From NCBI RefSeq assembly GCF_009914755.1, contig NC_060938.1: a stretch of DNA of 64,000 nt. One strand, written 5' to 3'. This stretch comes from the human T2T-CHM13v2.0 reference genome, Homo sapiens. Positions 13,661-30,020 of this stretch are shown one piece after another (position 1 is the stretch's first letter; every line of letters starts with the position of its first letter). The position numbers were made by a program, and so were the translations under genes. The notes beneath the pieces were generated by a model. That model worked only from the letters and a program-made list of their open reading frames with translations. It was not told where the DNA came from and made no database searches.

Positions 13661-15009
13661 CCCATATTGGAAGATCAGATCCTAGCACCAATTGATATCA
13701 TTCCACACTTCTGGTTTTATGACACCACAGCTGCTTGGTTCAGACAGACTCAGGTTGGAACGTGCTCCCTGTTTCTTCCATATCTCTTGGATTCTGTTTG
13801 AATCAATTCAGTGCATACTGAGTAGAGTTAGATCCTTGATATTCGTGAGGTTTTCTGAGTCCCTAAATTCTCAAATAACACATGTTGGTTTCCCATACAT
13901 GAAGACGAGTAGCAAAGAGTGGTAAATGCCCTTCTGAGATGTTGGTGCTGGAGTGAGATCAGCTAAGTGATCTCACTGTGAACTATTTGTTCTCTTCAGG
14001 GAGGCTACCCTGTTGGTATTTCAGAGCTGATATTCCTCAGGGATGCTATTTGTTAGGAACATTTGGAGTCAGTTTTGAAACTTTACATATTAAATATGAG
14101 AATGCCAAGGATCTGTTCTTTTAAAGACATTTTTTATTTCGTCAGCACAGTGATGTGATTGGAAGGTTGCATTTTACATGATTCCAAAACACAACTGGGA
14201 GAATATAACATTAGAATTAAAAAATAAGAAATATCTTTTTCCCATTTGGTAGTCCTTTTGCTTCCTCTTGCTTTTCGTAGCTATATTGGTATTTCTTCTT
14301 TTAGGAGCCCCTTTCTACCTAGATTTATTGGCATCCCTGGTGATGGAGATTTTTTTCTTGTTTAACTTCTTTGACTTATTAGCTTTGCCAGTAACCAGAT
14401 CTTTTAAAGGAGAATTGTTTAGTCATCCAAAATTCTGGGAAGTAGTGCAGGGAAGGTAAACAGATTGTCTTCAAGATTTCTTGGCCAAGTTTTTTTTTTT
14501 CATTCTTTTTAAATCACAAAAGTATTTTTGGTATTTCAGTGGGGAGGGGGCACAAAATGTGTTTCAGGAAGTTATGACCAAGTAAAAACAGGGCTATAAA
14601 ATAATTCTGCTTCATCCTTTGTTATTCTGAGTAACAAGTGACACTCTATGAAATACAAAGGGCTTGATCAATTCTTCCCATGTAGTAGACACATGTCTCC
14701 TTGGGAGAGGGCGGGACCTTTGTGTTTATTGTCACTGGCTTGGCTTCTGATGATTCGGCCTTGTTGACCCTGGCTATGGTAAGAGGCACCAGAGAATGTC
14801 ATTGGGATTGTTGCACACTAGACTATGACTGAGTGGGTATGAGGATCAGCCTGTCAGTGTTTCCTGAGCACTGGTCTAGGCACAGAGGGGTTTGGTGGCA
14901 GATAGGAGAAAAGTCTTGGATTTCTCTTTTTCCCTGTTGATCTCATTATGATCCAGAGGCTGGATTGCAAATGACCCAGTGGAGTCTTCAGCCAGTGCAG
15001 CCCCACTAA

Positions 15010-15352
<343 letters not shown>

Positions 15353-16002
15353 CGGTTGCTCAGTTTCTGATTAGCGGCCCATGAAGTTAGCTGGAGCCCT
15401 TCAGTAGGCTGTGTGGCTCTCTGTTTTATACCTCTCACACACCTCTCTGAGCTTTGATATCTGTACACACTGCTTTCGGTTTTATTTCTTTGGTTTTGCT
15501 CTTTGTTTTTGATTCTTGTTCTTTGTTCTTGATTCCATATGTGTTTGCATATAAGCTCGTTGAACACAGAGACAAAATCCTTTTTATGTTGCTCCTTTGC
15601 TACAGCCAGGCCAGTGATCATCCCAGTAGATCCAACACACGCATTGTGGGAAAGGTACTCCATAGGTGGGTTTACCCCATAGGATGATCCAGAATCATGG
15701 CTTGTCCTCTGTGTGAGGAAAGCAGGAGCAAGTCCAGGGCCCAGTGAGCAGTAGCAGTGTGTGGGGGCTTCCCACTGAGTGATGGTTCCTCATAGTATTC
15801 TGTCCCCAGCCTTCTGGGGAGGAAGTGGAGGAGCACGTGAAAGTGTTTTCATGCCTCAGGGATGCAGGTGGTGGGGCTCTTCTGTGGAGAAAAGAGAGGG
15901 CCCAGGCAACCTGCCTAGAAGAGTATGTTGCAGAGTATGCTACCTTTAGCTTGGGTGAGGATTTCGAACCCAGTGTGGATCCTGTTAGGTGATGAAGAGT
16001 TA

Positions 16003-16338
<336 letters not shown>

Positions 16339-16610
16339 AAGTATACCCCTACCAAATCTCATGTTAAATTATAATTGCCAGTGTTGAAGTTGGGGCTTGG
16401 TGGGAGGTGTTTGGATCATGGGAGCAGATTCCTCATGAATGGCTTGGGCGATCCCCTTGATGGTGAGCTCTCTGAGTTCACATGAGATCTGGTGGTTTAA
16501 AAATATGTAGCACCCCCTCCCCACCTCCACTTTCTCCCTTTCGTTCTCATTCTCACCATGTGATGTGCCTGTTCCCTCTTTGCCTTCCACCATGATTGAA
16601 AGCTTCTTGA

Positions 16611-17033
<423 letters not shown>

Positions 17034-18204
17034 TCAAGTATTTCTTTATAGCAGAGTAAGAATTGCCTAGTTCAAGGAGGGAGGAAAGGTACGCTTTCAT
17101 TACCAGTGGGAAGTGAAGGAGGAATGTATATGGAAATCATGCTGGCTGTAAACATATCCTGACATTAGAGAGGGGCATGAGAGTGCCACTTGGGTGGGGT
17201 TTGGCTTCACTTTCTTGCCTACTGCCTTTGCAGCCACAGCTTCCTCTACCTCTACGTCTGTTTCTAAAGATCAAGGCTAAGGGACAACTCCTTCTCCCCT
17301 AAACATCTTCAAGCTTATTCTCACCTGGTTCTTCCTGTGGCTAGAATTCTACCTCCTGCCTTTTCCTCCCATACTTCTCTTATCCTTCAAAGTCCAACTT
17401 AGCTTCTTCTGTGGAACATCACCCATCTCTCTTACCACTAGAATTAATAGGGTCTGAAGGAAGGAGAGTGGGCTTTGTGTGTGTTTATTGAATGGAATTA
17501 ACAAGAGCTCCTAGTCGTAGTTCTTTCTCTTGGGAGGATGTCAGACAGGTTTTCCTAGGAGCAGGATTCCAACTCTTAGAATCTTGACTGACTTTGATTT
17601 GAAAGGATTGGCCAGCTTTTTATGACCTCTGGTAATTGCAGCTTTGGGGAACTTGAACCTTTTGTTCTGTACATCATGGTACATGAACGCTATAGACCTT
17701 GCTCCAAACCCTAATGACCCTGGGTTTTGGTAGGGTTGCTGTGGGGCAGATTGGGTTTTGTATTTTCATGAGTGTTAACTCCTTAAGCAAGTATGTGTTG
17801 ACATAAGGTGGGCAGGAGCTATGTAATGCCACAGAGGGCTTTCTGGGGATGAGGTACTAGGCTGGATCTTGACAGAAGTTAATCATATGTAGTAAGCCTG
17901 TGAGAGGAGGGCAGCAGCAGCCAGGAACTGTGCTCTGCACTGGAGGAATGCAGAGTTATGGTTTAGCACTCTGATTTATTCCACAGGTACTCGTTGAATT
18001 CCTGCTGAATGCCAAGACTGTGCCAGCTACTGAAAATAGAACAATTCCATGTGATACATGCTATAATCAGGAAAGTACTGCACTACACAGGAATACTCAT
18101 TAGGGGGTCTCCTGACTCAGCTTGAATTGGTCATGGAAGGCTTTTCTGAGGGAGAGAAGTCTACACTGAGATCTAAAGGCAAGTGAGTTAACGAGTATGG
18201 GGAG

Positions 18205-18420
18205 ACAAGGTGGCATAGTCAGGTGAAGAAGGCAGTGCCTTGGGCCAGACACGCTGGTTTGAATCCTAGTTCTGCCAGTAGTGTGTAATTTTAAGCAAGT
18301 TTCTCGAACTCTACGTCCCTCAGTTCTTCATATCTGTAAAATTGGGATGATAACGTACATACCATATAGGGTTGTGGTGAAGATGAAATGTTGCTGTTAT
18401 CATCATCGTTGTTAAAATGT
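18205..18420 (+). mobile_element. MIR SINE, preceded by an L2-like fragment at ~17970-18200
   Basis: ggcatagt..ccagac..ggtttgaatcctagttctgcca...cctcagttcttcatatctgtaaaattgggatgataa..atagggttgtggtgaagat. Confidence 0.7.
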
Positions 18421-20871
18421 GGCACTTGCCAGTGGCAGGTACAGCCCGCTGTTGCGGGGAGTCTGGAGGGAGGAGAGGAAGAGAGTATGGTGTCTGCTCT
18501 GCTCATCTCAGCACTTCCTTTCCTGGGAACTTCCCATGTCACTGTTGAAACTTTGGATGTCCAATATACTGTATTCCCTAAACTAATTTGTTTCTTGCCC
18601 TGTGAATGAAGAAGTGTTCTCTTTCACTCTGGTGGAGTATGTTCAGTAGCTGTAGTTTCAAAAAAGAAAAATAAAGTCTAACCTTAGCCTAAGAATTCAG
18701 GGATTTAGGTTGAGCACACCAAAAGCACAGTTTGAGGAAGCACCCAGATAGGACTGAGATGCTGCTAGTGGAGGCAGGTGCCTGTCCTGGCTGAATTGTC
18801 AGAATTGTGGAGGAGGAGGAGGAAGAAGAGAAACAAGCTCTCTTGGAGTATCCTAAGGATCAAAGAGTTAAAGAAAAAACAAACTCTAGCTAATGAATCA
18901 AGAAGTTGAATGAGTCTAAACAGGAAAGGAAAGAGGGTTGGAAGGAGGATGTTAATTTTAGGTACAATTTGTGGGAGAGGATTGGGGATGAGAAGAATAG
19001 CAGTGGGCACCTATTTGCCTATGGGACAGGAAGTGATGGGCTAGGTGAGGCTGCCCTTCTGGTCCGAGGGAAGAGGTCACTCAGGACAGGCCACAGGAGT
19101 GCATGCTTCTTGACTCTCATCACCTGGCCTCAGTTCAGCCAACTCGTAGGAGGCATGTCTGACAAAGACTCCTTATTTCAGCAAGTCTGATGTACCGCGT
19201 GGGGTCCCATGTGGGTCTTATCTGGCGTCACAAATTCCATGGGGAGGCTGGAGGGTGTCAGAGGTTCTTAATTGCTTGGGGAAGGGAGAAGAGTGGAGGA
19301 GCAGCTGGCGTCTGGGCCCTTCAGATGTATTCCAGGATTTGTCCTCTTGGATCAGGCTGGGGTAATTGGAGAAGTTGGGGTGAGGACTGTCTGTGATTTG
19401 ATGTGTTCAGGGGTGCAGAGAACTATTGTGACTTCCAGCAGAGATGTGTCTCAGGTTTCTTTGAGTGGCTTTCAGCAAAGGAACCCTTTCTTGGTGCTAT
19501 TGTTCTCAATACCTTGTTGTTAGGCAGTTTAGAGGCTTTGCTGTTCAACTGGCTCCTCTCTCTGGCATTCAGAAAATCTGTCACCAGTAACGCAGACCCT
19601 GGCCTTGGAGGAATAGTTAAGATTGTGAATAATAGGATTAAGTGAGATAATATATGTAAAAGTCCCGGGTAAACAATAAAAGTCTATTTCAATGGAATGG
19701 ATTATTATAATACTATTTTTTCAGTCAGCATCTCTTTTCTGAATTGCTCAGAGCACTTCGTTAACACTAACTGGTTAATCCACCATCCATCCCTGGTTGG
19801 AGGCTGGCATTTAATAGCCCCCCTTTGTATGCAAGATCAAACACAAGTTTCCAACAAACCCCCACATCTTGAGCTTGAAGCCCAAACCTACGGAATCGAA
19901 ATCTAAAGCTTGGACTTCTAAATGTGATAATGCCTCATTCCTGGGAATAAAGAAGGTGAGAAGAGAGAGGAGGGATCATTAAAATTTTTTTTTTCATGAA
20001 TAATTGGTCATGTCAGACAAGGCTGTCATAGTCAGGATTTTGAATGACCTAGAAGTCAGTCAGTCATTTTCCTCTGAGAAGCCAGAGTTCCTGCTGGAAA
20101 TGAAACTTGATAGGAGCTGGAGAAGCAGAAGGCTAAGAAGAGCAGCTTTGGGGCAAAGAACAGGGAAGCAGAGAGGGGGCTGGCAGATTTCTTCATTCTG
20201 TCCTATTAGGCTGTGGTGGAAGTACTTGAGATGCCAGGTTCTGCATCACAGTGCTAACTGCCTGGCACATGGCAGTGGGAACACACTCTCCCCTCTGATG
20301 TGTACCAGGAAGTGTCAGGGGGACCCACAGCAGGTGCTTGGTGTATTCTTCAGGTCTCATGTTGAAACTTCACAGAGCACCCCCGAGTGTCCTGCTCAGG
20401 CCAGTTTTGCTGCAGACCAAGTATTGCAGTCCAGTTTGGCAGGGTGGGATCTGAGCAGATCAGCCTTAGGCCGACTCTCCAGTCAAGGAAAGGCCTAGGT
20501 GCATTGGTCCACCTGTGTCCCTTCCGAAGGCTGGTCTCACCAGCCTAGAGCTGGCATGAAAAGGTCCTGTTTTGTTCACAGTACTAGGTGAGGCCATTCA
20601 GAGTCATCAGGACCTTTTTCCAAGCTTGTACTTCCCTGCCTCTGGTCAAGGCTTAAAGGGCAGTTCCGTCCTCACCTTTTGTACTCTCTTGCACAGAGTC
20701 TTGAACCCTGGAAGCAGGAGGAGGATATACTGAGTTGGGAAGTTCCTCCTTCCTCCAGTGGCAGATGTGTGGGCTCCCAGGTTTGAAACTCTAGAGGTCA
20801 TTCAGGTGTGCCAGTGAAGAGGCACATACTCATGAGAGAACCAACAGGCTGGACCTTGGAGGTTATTTGCA

Positions 20872-21080
20872 CTAGTGAGTTTCAAATTTGAGCTAGCATC
20901 AGATTCCTCTAGAGGGCTTGTTAAACACAGATTGCTGGGTCCCATCCCCAGAGTTTCTGGTTCAGTAGGTCTAGGATGTGGTTTAAAAATGTGCATGTCT
21001 ACCAAGTTCCCTAAAGAAGAACTTGGTAGACATGAAGCAGCAGCTGCTGCTGGTCTGAAGACCAAACTTTGAGAACCACC
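20872..21080. mobile_element. MER5A-like hAT DNA transposon
   Basis: gcatcagattc..agggcttgttaaacacagattgctgggtcccatcccagagtttctg.ttcagtaggtct...gctgctggtc..accaaactttgagaaccac. Confidence 0.8.
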
Positions 21081-23450
21081 AATTTATACTTGGGCTGAAA
21101 AAAACCTGTCTGACTCTTTTCAGAGCAAATTTTGCTGAGGTGAGGACAGAGTGGGTGGAGAAATCTTGAACCCACTAGGGAGACAAGTGGCCCTCTCAGA
21201 AATAGGCTACTGCAGGTGGGCCAACCTAATAAAACTGAGAAGAGGTTAAGGGAGGATGCTGGCAGATGTATCTCTTCTCCATGCTGGTCTGGTCCTTGCA
21301 TACTACCCTACAGCAAGGAGCCAGACCTGGTGAGCCCCGGGGCTGGATCATTTTCATTTCCTATTCTGCCCCCTGAGGCAGCAGTGAGTTCTAAAAGTCT
21401 GCATTTTCGGATGCCTTTCCTCAGTCTGGGCTCTGTGGTATGAAGAACGGGACCCTGAGCCGGGGTCCTGGGCATCGGCCCTAGCACTGCCTCTAATGGA
21501 CAGTAACTGAAGGCACCTCATGTTACTCAAGGGTAATGTGAGTGTGGACTAGCTCTCTGGTGCCTTTTGTGCTCTGATATTCTGGGTTCTTTAATGATTT
21601 ACCCTGACAGCTTCCTCCTCAGGGTCAGGAACTTCTGCTGGCTTGTTACTTGTTTTTTATTTTTTCCGTGTATGAGAACTTCTGTTGATCAGAATCCCAT
21701 CCAGAGACTGGCTCGCCAAAAGTGAAACTAGAGACAAGTTTGGGAATTGGAGAGAATAACTTTTCTTTTTGGAGTCATTGGCACCTGCAGTTGTGCTGCT
21801 GCCATAACACCTGCCTACAGAGAGAATGACTGCATCACTGTCGTGCCTGCCTATCTTACCCCACTGCCAGCTTCACAGGCTGTCTGATCAGCTCTGGTTT
21901 CCAGGGTGCTCAGGATTGTTATTCGACATTCCCCACTGCCTGGCACAGTGTGTGGCTCATGGTAGGCCTGTGTGCATGCTTACTGGATGGATGGAATAAG
22001 CGGTTGTATCCAGCTACCTCTTCTTTTCTCGCTTCTTCTTAACTTGGTACAGTTGTCTTCCTTTGCCCTCCTCGCTTCCATCCTTCCTTCCCTGCTTCCT
22101 TTGTACTCATTTTTACTCCTCAGCACTCTGGCAGAGCTAGCATGTACGTCGAGTGCTTTGGGGGTTAAAAGTATACACAAGACAATCATAAAACACCCTA
22201 TGCAAGCCATCTATGTGAGGGGTTCCTCCAGAGCTCCCCACTCTTCCTCCTTGTCTCTTCTGCCCACTTTGTCTAGGGTAGCTGGGAATGTTTTCACTGT
22301 CCTAGGGGAATTTGCTGTTCTTCAGATTGAATTTGACCCCGTTTTCAGCCTTTATTTCCCACCAGAGCCTGATGGTGTTTGTATTGGCAAGCCAGAAGAC
22401 TCCTGGCTTGGAGAGAATTAGAGTTAGTACAGCCTGCCTGGCCCTGTCTTTTCAGCCTCTATCTGAAGGGGCAAAACAAATTTTTCGGCCTTGGTTAATT
22501 GTTACTTAGCCCCTCTGATCCAGCCTGGGCAACTTTCAGGTAGCTCAGGCACTGACTAGCCTGAAGTCTCTGTTGAAACAGGGAAGATTAAAGTTGATTT
22601 GATTCATTTGAAGTAAAATCAGCAGGCTTTTGATGATTTCATTAATTTCCTCCCTTCTGAACACCCTCCTGTTAGCAGTAATTGGAAACCCTGACTCTGT
22701 TTCTCATTTCCCCCCCACCCCTCTGCTTTAATCTGAGACAACTGGAAACTGCACTCAGCTTTTTCATTTACTGGAAGAATGGTTTGAAGATGGTTTTAAT
22801 GACTGGCTTTGACACTGTTTCCAGAAGCTGAGACTGTTGCCGTGCTTAAGTTCACACCTACCTGGGGGCCTCAGTTTTGCTCACCTTGCTTCTATAAAAC
22901 TGCTTAGTTCTTGGTGTGCAGGTGGAAGAGGGTCCCCATGAGAATTCTCTTTTTATCCCAGGCAATATATATGCAAGCTTTTCATTACTCATTTTCATCA
23001 CTCAACATTTACAGACTGCCTGGGGTGTGTGCCAGGCACTGTCCTAGTAACTGAGTGTGTTCCCAGCACCTCCTCCTGGCCCTGGTGGACGTCCAGAGGA
23101 CTAGGTAGGTGAGATTCCAGCAGGATGGTGGCTAAACTCAAACCTTGGGAACTGTAGTCTCTGGGGCTTTCTTTCTCTATCTGTTTTTATAGTTGCAACT
23201 TCAGTTTCTGTGCTTTTTTTTTTCTTGGGCCTGAAGAGGAATAAATAATATGAACCACCACTTGATGTCAGAGAAATAGCAGGTAGCAATAGCTGCAACA
23301 GCTAATCACTATTGGCAGTTGACAAGATGTACAAACACTTGCTTGTATATCATGTCATATTGTTGTCCTCACGGTAAACCATCACAGCCAGTAAAGGACA
23401 AAGCCAGAATTCAACCTAGGCCTTCCCATTACAAATCAAATACTTTTTGT

Positions 23451-23578
23451 TTATTATTGTTATTATTTTTAGAGATGAGGTTTCACTGTGTTGTCCAGGC
23501 TGGTCTAGAACTCCTGGCCTGAAGCTGTTCTCCCACCTGAGTGGCTGGGATTACAGGTGGGAGTCACCATGCCTGGCT
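23451..23578 (-). mobile_element. FLAM / Alu monomer
   Basis: Single reverse left-arm unit with (TTA)n tail. Confidence 0.8.
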
Positions 23579-24042
23579 CTGCTTTTTGTACTATGTTGTT
23601 TTGTTTGATGGTTTGGTTTTGTTTTTAACGCTGACTTCCCATGCTATTGTCTTTAGTATGACTTCAACCACTTAAGTGTTAAGAACCTATTATGTATGCA
23701 TTGGGTCTTGTACAAGGAAGTCAGGGTCTCACAATCTAATGGGGGGAAAAGATAAGACAATTCATCTTAGTTGCCCTTGAGTGATTCAGGTACTGAATGC
23801 TATTAGAAAGAAGAGAATTAACCCTGATGTCTGTCTAGGGAGGCTTCCCCAGAAGAGCCAAGACTTGAATTGGGCATGGTGGAAAGGCAATACTCAAACC
23901 AAGAGAGAGGTGAGGAGGAGTTTTGGTTCCTATATGACTACCTCAGACTCGGGGATACAAAGAAGGTGGTAAGGTTTGTTTCCTTCTTCAGACTTAGAAA
24001 ACCAGTATCCTCTGGGGTGATGCTCCTCCAACTTTACTGTGC

Positions 24043-24383
<341 letters not shown>

Positions 24384-24934
24384 TGAGATTCCCACATATT
24401 TTGCCCACAAAGAACCATTTAGTAGATCTCTGTACAGCCCAGCAATCTGCATTCTTTAAAAGTTTGCTAATAATGTAGAACAGTTCCCCAGCCTCTCAAG
24501 GTCTCCTGCCTGAAGAGAAGAACCGAAAGGTATAGATTTCATTTGTTCCTTTCCAGAGGCAGAAACTGTTTGGTCAGTCAGCTGCTCCCGTTATTATGGT
24601 GAAGGTGGTGAGGTGGCCCAGGCTTTGAGAAACACCATAACCCAAGGTGTTCTCATGCCCTTAGTGTTGCAGAAAGCATTAGGAACCAGGGACCTGGGTT
24701 TTGATATCATAGAGGTCTTACTTGATGAGAAGAGGACTAAGAGTGTTTAGGATGAAACCAAGGAGGAATGGGGACAGTGGATAATAAATTGTGTAAGTTA
24801 AGTTGACTCTGACAGCACCTGGGTCAGTCTGTCTGCCAGCTTGATTTGAAGGCAGGTGGGGAAACCCACTGAGTCTGAGTACCTTTGAAACAAAGTTCTG
24901 GCCTTGCTCAGAGTTACTCATGTTACTCTGTTAC

Positions 24935-25242
<308 letters not shown>

Positions 25243-25539
25243 TTACAGACCTGTTTGGTAGCTTAGCTTTCAGATGACTGTTTTGCAGAGGGGAGTGGGT
25301 GGGGTGGGTGGCAGCAGTGGAGACAGCTGCATGGTCAATCAGGGGGTGAGTAGAAACAGATCTGCCAGAGGATTTAGCAGTCTTGATGAATCTAATTATT
25401 TATTTCTATATTTTGTGACCATATGGTACCTAGGGTGGTTATAAAGATTAGAAAACAATCACCAAGTTACCAAATACCCTGTTAAGAAGTGATATGCCTT
25501 AGGTTGGAGGCATTGTAAAAATACTATAGGCGAAAAGAA

Positions 25540-26840
<1,301 letters not shown>

Positions 26841-26841
26841 G

Positions 26842-27402
26842 CAGTGGTTTTCAAGGACCTTTGAGATCCTTTTAGGGGATTGACAGGGTTGAAATTATTT
26901 TCATATTAAGATGCTATATTACATACTAAGATCCTGTTTGCCTTTTTTGCACTCATTGTTTCATGAGTGAATAGTTGAGTTTACAGAAGCTATATGGCAT
27001 GTGTTGTGATCATTGATGTTAACATCTGTGGGTTTATTGTTATTTTAAAATGAATTATAAATATGTAAAATTTTTAGTTCTATTTTCAAATATGGTAATA
27101 TTGATAGGTGTAACACACAAATTCTTTGGGCATCCTCAATAATTTTTAATAGTGTAAAGCAAGCTTGTTCAACCCACGGCCCATGGGCTGCATGTGGCCT
27201 AACACAAATTCATAAACTTTCTTAAAATATTATGAGTTTATTTTGCTTTTTTTTTTTTTTAAAGCTCATCAGCTATTGTTAGTGTTAGTGTATTTTATGT
27301 GTGGCCCAAAACAATTCTTCTTTCAATGTGGCCCAGGGAAGCCGAAAGATTGGACACCCCTGGTGTAAAGGAACCTGAGAGCAAAGAGTTTGAGAACCAC
27401 TA
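26842..27402 (+). mobile_element. Charlie1-like hAT DNA transposon derivative
   Basis: Terminal inverted repeats CAGTGGTTTTCAA...TTGAGAACCACT. Internal gaaattattttcata..ttgccttttttgcactcatt..tcatgagtg. Confidence 0.7.
27160..27362. mobile_element. MER30 DNA transposon nested in the Charlie1-like element
   Basis: caagcttgttcaacccacggccc...tggcccagggaagccgaaagattggacacccctg. Perfect 8-bp TSD gtgtaaag at 27152-27159 and 27363-27370. Confidence 0.88.
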
Positions 27403-29718
27403 TTATTTTACTATGTCAATTTTTAAAATATTTTTTTCCTGTCTGGTAGGTTTCTTGTTTAAGAAATTATTTCCTATCCAAATTTCATAAAGATGGGCTT
27501 TTATATTTTCTCGTAGAAGTTTTGGAAAGTATTTTTATGGGTGGCGTCTGCCAATTCCCAGGCCCTTCAACCACTAGGAATAGTTTTTAATTTTATGCCT
27601 TCTCAGAAACACTTATATGGCCTGAATGGAACATCTTCCCTATCTGAATATAATTTTTTGGAAGGGCAGTATGTGGGAATAGGGATTTAGCCACCTTCTT
27701 CAGATCCCTTTTGTTCAAGAGAGCCTCCTAGCATTTTGCAGAGTTCAGCAGTCTCTCCTTAAGAATGGTGTACACTCTCATTTTGGATCCTTGGGTTCAC
27801 TGGTTTTGCAGTTGGCTGTTCAGAGGCCCAGAACCCACCAGTGACAGGGATTCTGGAAGCAAAATCCCTCTCTGCAGCCCCTAACCCACATGCCCCAGTT
27901 TCCACTGGATACTTGAGTTTCTGTCAAGGCATCAGTGCCCTTACTCCTGGTTGTGTTTGTGCTGGAGTGGGAAGGTGTGTAGGCAGCTGACTGGTTAACT
28001 GCAGTCAAGGATATAAACAATGGCCTCCTCTAAGGAAAAAAATTACATTGCTGACATCCAAGGCCCCATCATCTCTCACCAGGCTCTTACTGGTTTCCGT
28101 GTCTCCAGTGTCTTTCTCACCCTTCTTCCCACAAATCTGTCTTCCACCCTGCCAGAATAACTCTCAGAATCTCATACTTGGCATGATGCTACTTCTCCTC
28201 TTAAAACAAAAGAAAACAAACTCAGGGTCCCATAAGACTTATGGTAAGGTCCATTCTTCTTAGCAATATAACCCTCATCTGTACTTTCAGCTTTCTTGCC
28301 AGCTGCTTCTGTATCCTATCCTCTGTCCTGGAATCTCACCAGGCATCTCATTTTTATTTATTTTCCTAGTATACTGTGGTATGTGCCCCCAAAGCCTTGC
28401 TTATGCTGTTCCCTCCAACTCAAATGTTGTTCCCCCTTTGTCTGCTGGGGGAGATCTTTTTTGTCTCTCAGACCCTACAAAACTCAACAAGTATGAATTC
28501 TATGAGGATGATTCCTTTAGTCTTCCCACTGATAGCCTTTCCAGTCAAAACGAAGACTCAGCAAAGTTATCTTGGTCTTTGTTGCACTTGTAGCTTTGTT
28601 TGGGGAAGGCTGATACATCTCCATCCCTTCCCCAAAAGTTTCCTACCCATAAATTTTATTTACAGTGTTGGCCCCAGTTGTTTTGCAGCCTAGTTCTTCA
28701 GTAGTTGCACAAAAGGAAGATGCCTTTTTTGTGGTTAAGAGCTGATGTTGATATCCTTATAAATTGTCTTCCTACATGCCTTTCCTTCAGGGAGGGAATG
28801 CACTGAACAGTCTGATGGCAACAACTAGTCCCTCACCCTTCGCTACCACCAATTATTGTGCATTTTGAAAAAGTAGTACATTGACATCTGTCATATTTTA
28901 AAAATGGTACATGAAATACGTGTATGCATTAATGCTGTCTGCAGAAAGGTCCTGCTCAGGGAAAAAATTCTGGATGGTGCTGTTTTTCCCATTTAGCCAC
29001 ACCTAGCCTCCTGCCTCCCCTTTAGCAGCCTAAAAAAATAAAACTTTATAAACCCTGGACATCTGTTAGACATGCAAATTAAGCAGATTAACTTATTTTC
29101 TGAAAGAGCTTTATAGCAGAAATCCACATGGATGTGGAGAAAAGGGGGCTCCTGCTTGGAAGACTGCTGACGTAAGTGGCCTGCAGTAGGAGGGTTGTGG
29201 TGGGCCAGAGAAGGGGACGGCCCCGTAGGGGGATCTGAAGTGGGAGACTTTGATTGCAGGAATCTTCATGTCATTGTTAACATCTGAAAGAGTTGACTTT
29301 CTTTGGCAACTTATTTATAGCCTTTTCATTACTTCTTGAGAATGGTCGCTATAAAGATGGGAAAAGTAAGATAGTAAAATGGGGGAAAAATTATTTCCTT
29401 GGCTCACATTGCAGTGATCATGGCAAAGGTAGGATTGGATCTGTTGCATGCTGCCTTTTAGTCTGTTGCAAACAGGCTAGGTGGGTATGAATTCTCAAGT
29501 TCATGAAAAGGGCTTACGGCTAAAGAAGTGGGGTCTGAGCACTCACAAATTCTGGGTTACTGTGTTAAATACTGTGTTAAATGTTGAAAAATATGTTTTC
29601 ATATGGACATGCATCAGAGAGAAGTTTCTTTTGTGGGTAATGCTTGTCTTGTTACTTGAAGAGTACTGCTAATGTTGCTGTAATGTTTGATTAGTAGTAG
29701 TTTGAGAAATGAAATATA

Positions 29719-30020
29719 GGCCTGGTGGGGTGGTTCATGCTTTAATCCTAGCGCTTCGGGAGGCCAAGGTGGGAAGACCACTTGAGGCCAGGAATTCAAG
29801 ACCAGCCTGGGCAATACAGCGAGGCCCCATCTCTACTAGAAAAAAATTCTGAAATTTAGCCATGCATAGTAATGCATGCCTGGAATCCCAGCTACTCGGG
29901 AGGCTGAGGCGGGAGGATCTTTTGAGCCCAGGAGTTTGAGGCATTGGTGAGCTATGATTATGCCACTGCAGTCAAGCCTGGGTGACAGAGTGAAAACTTG
30001 TCTCAAAAAAAGAGAGAAAG
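29719..30020 (+). mobile_element. AluJ-type element
   Basis: Diverged dimer, gtgagctatgattatgccactgca. Confidence 0.88.

Noticed and set aside
14433-14441. Isolated GAS motif TTCTGGGAA (also TTCCAAGAA at 30604 and 59382)
   Set aside because: Single TTCN3GAA matches are expected many times by chance in 64 kb and have no supporting context.
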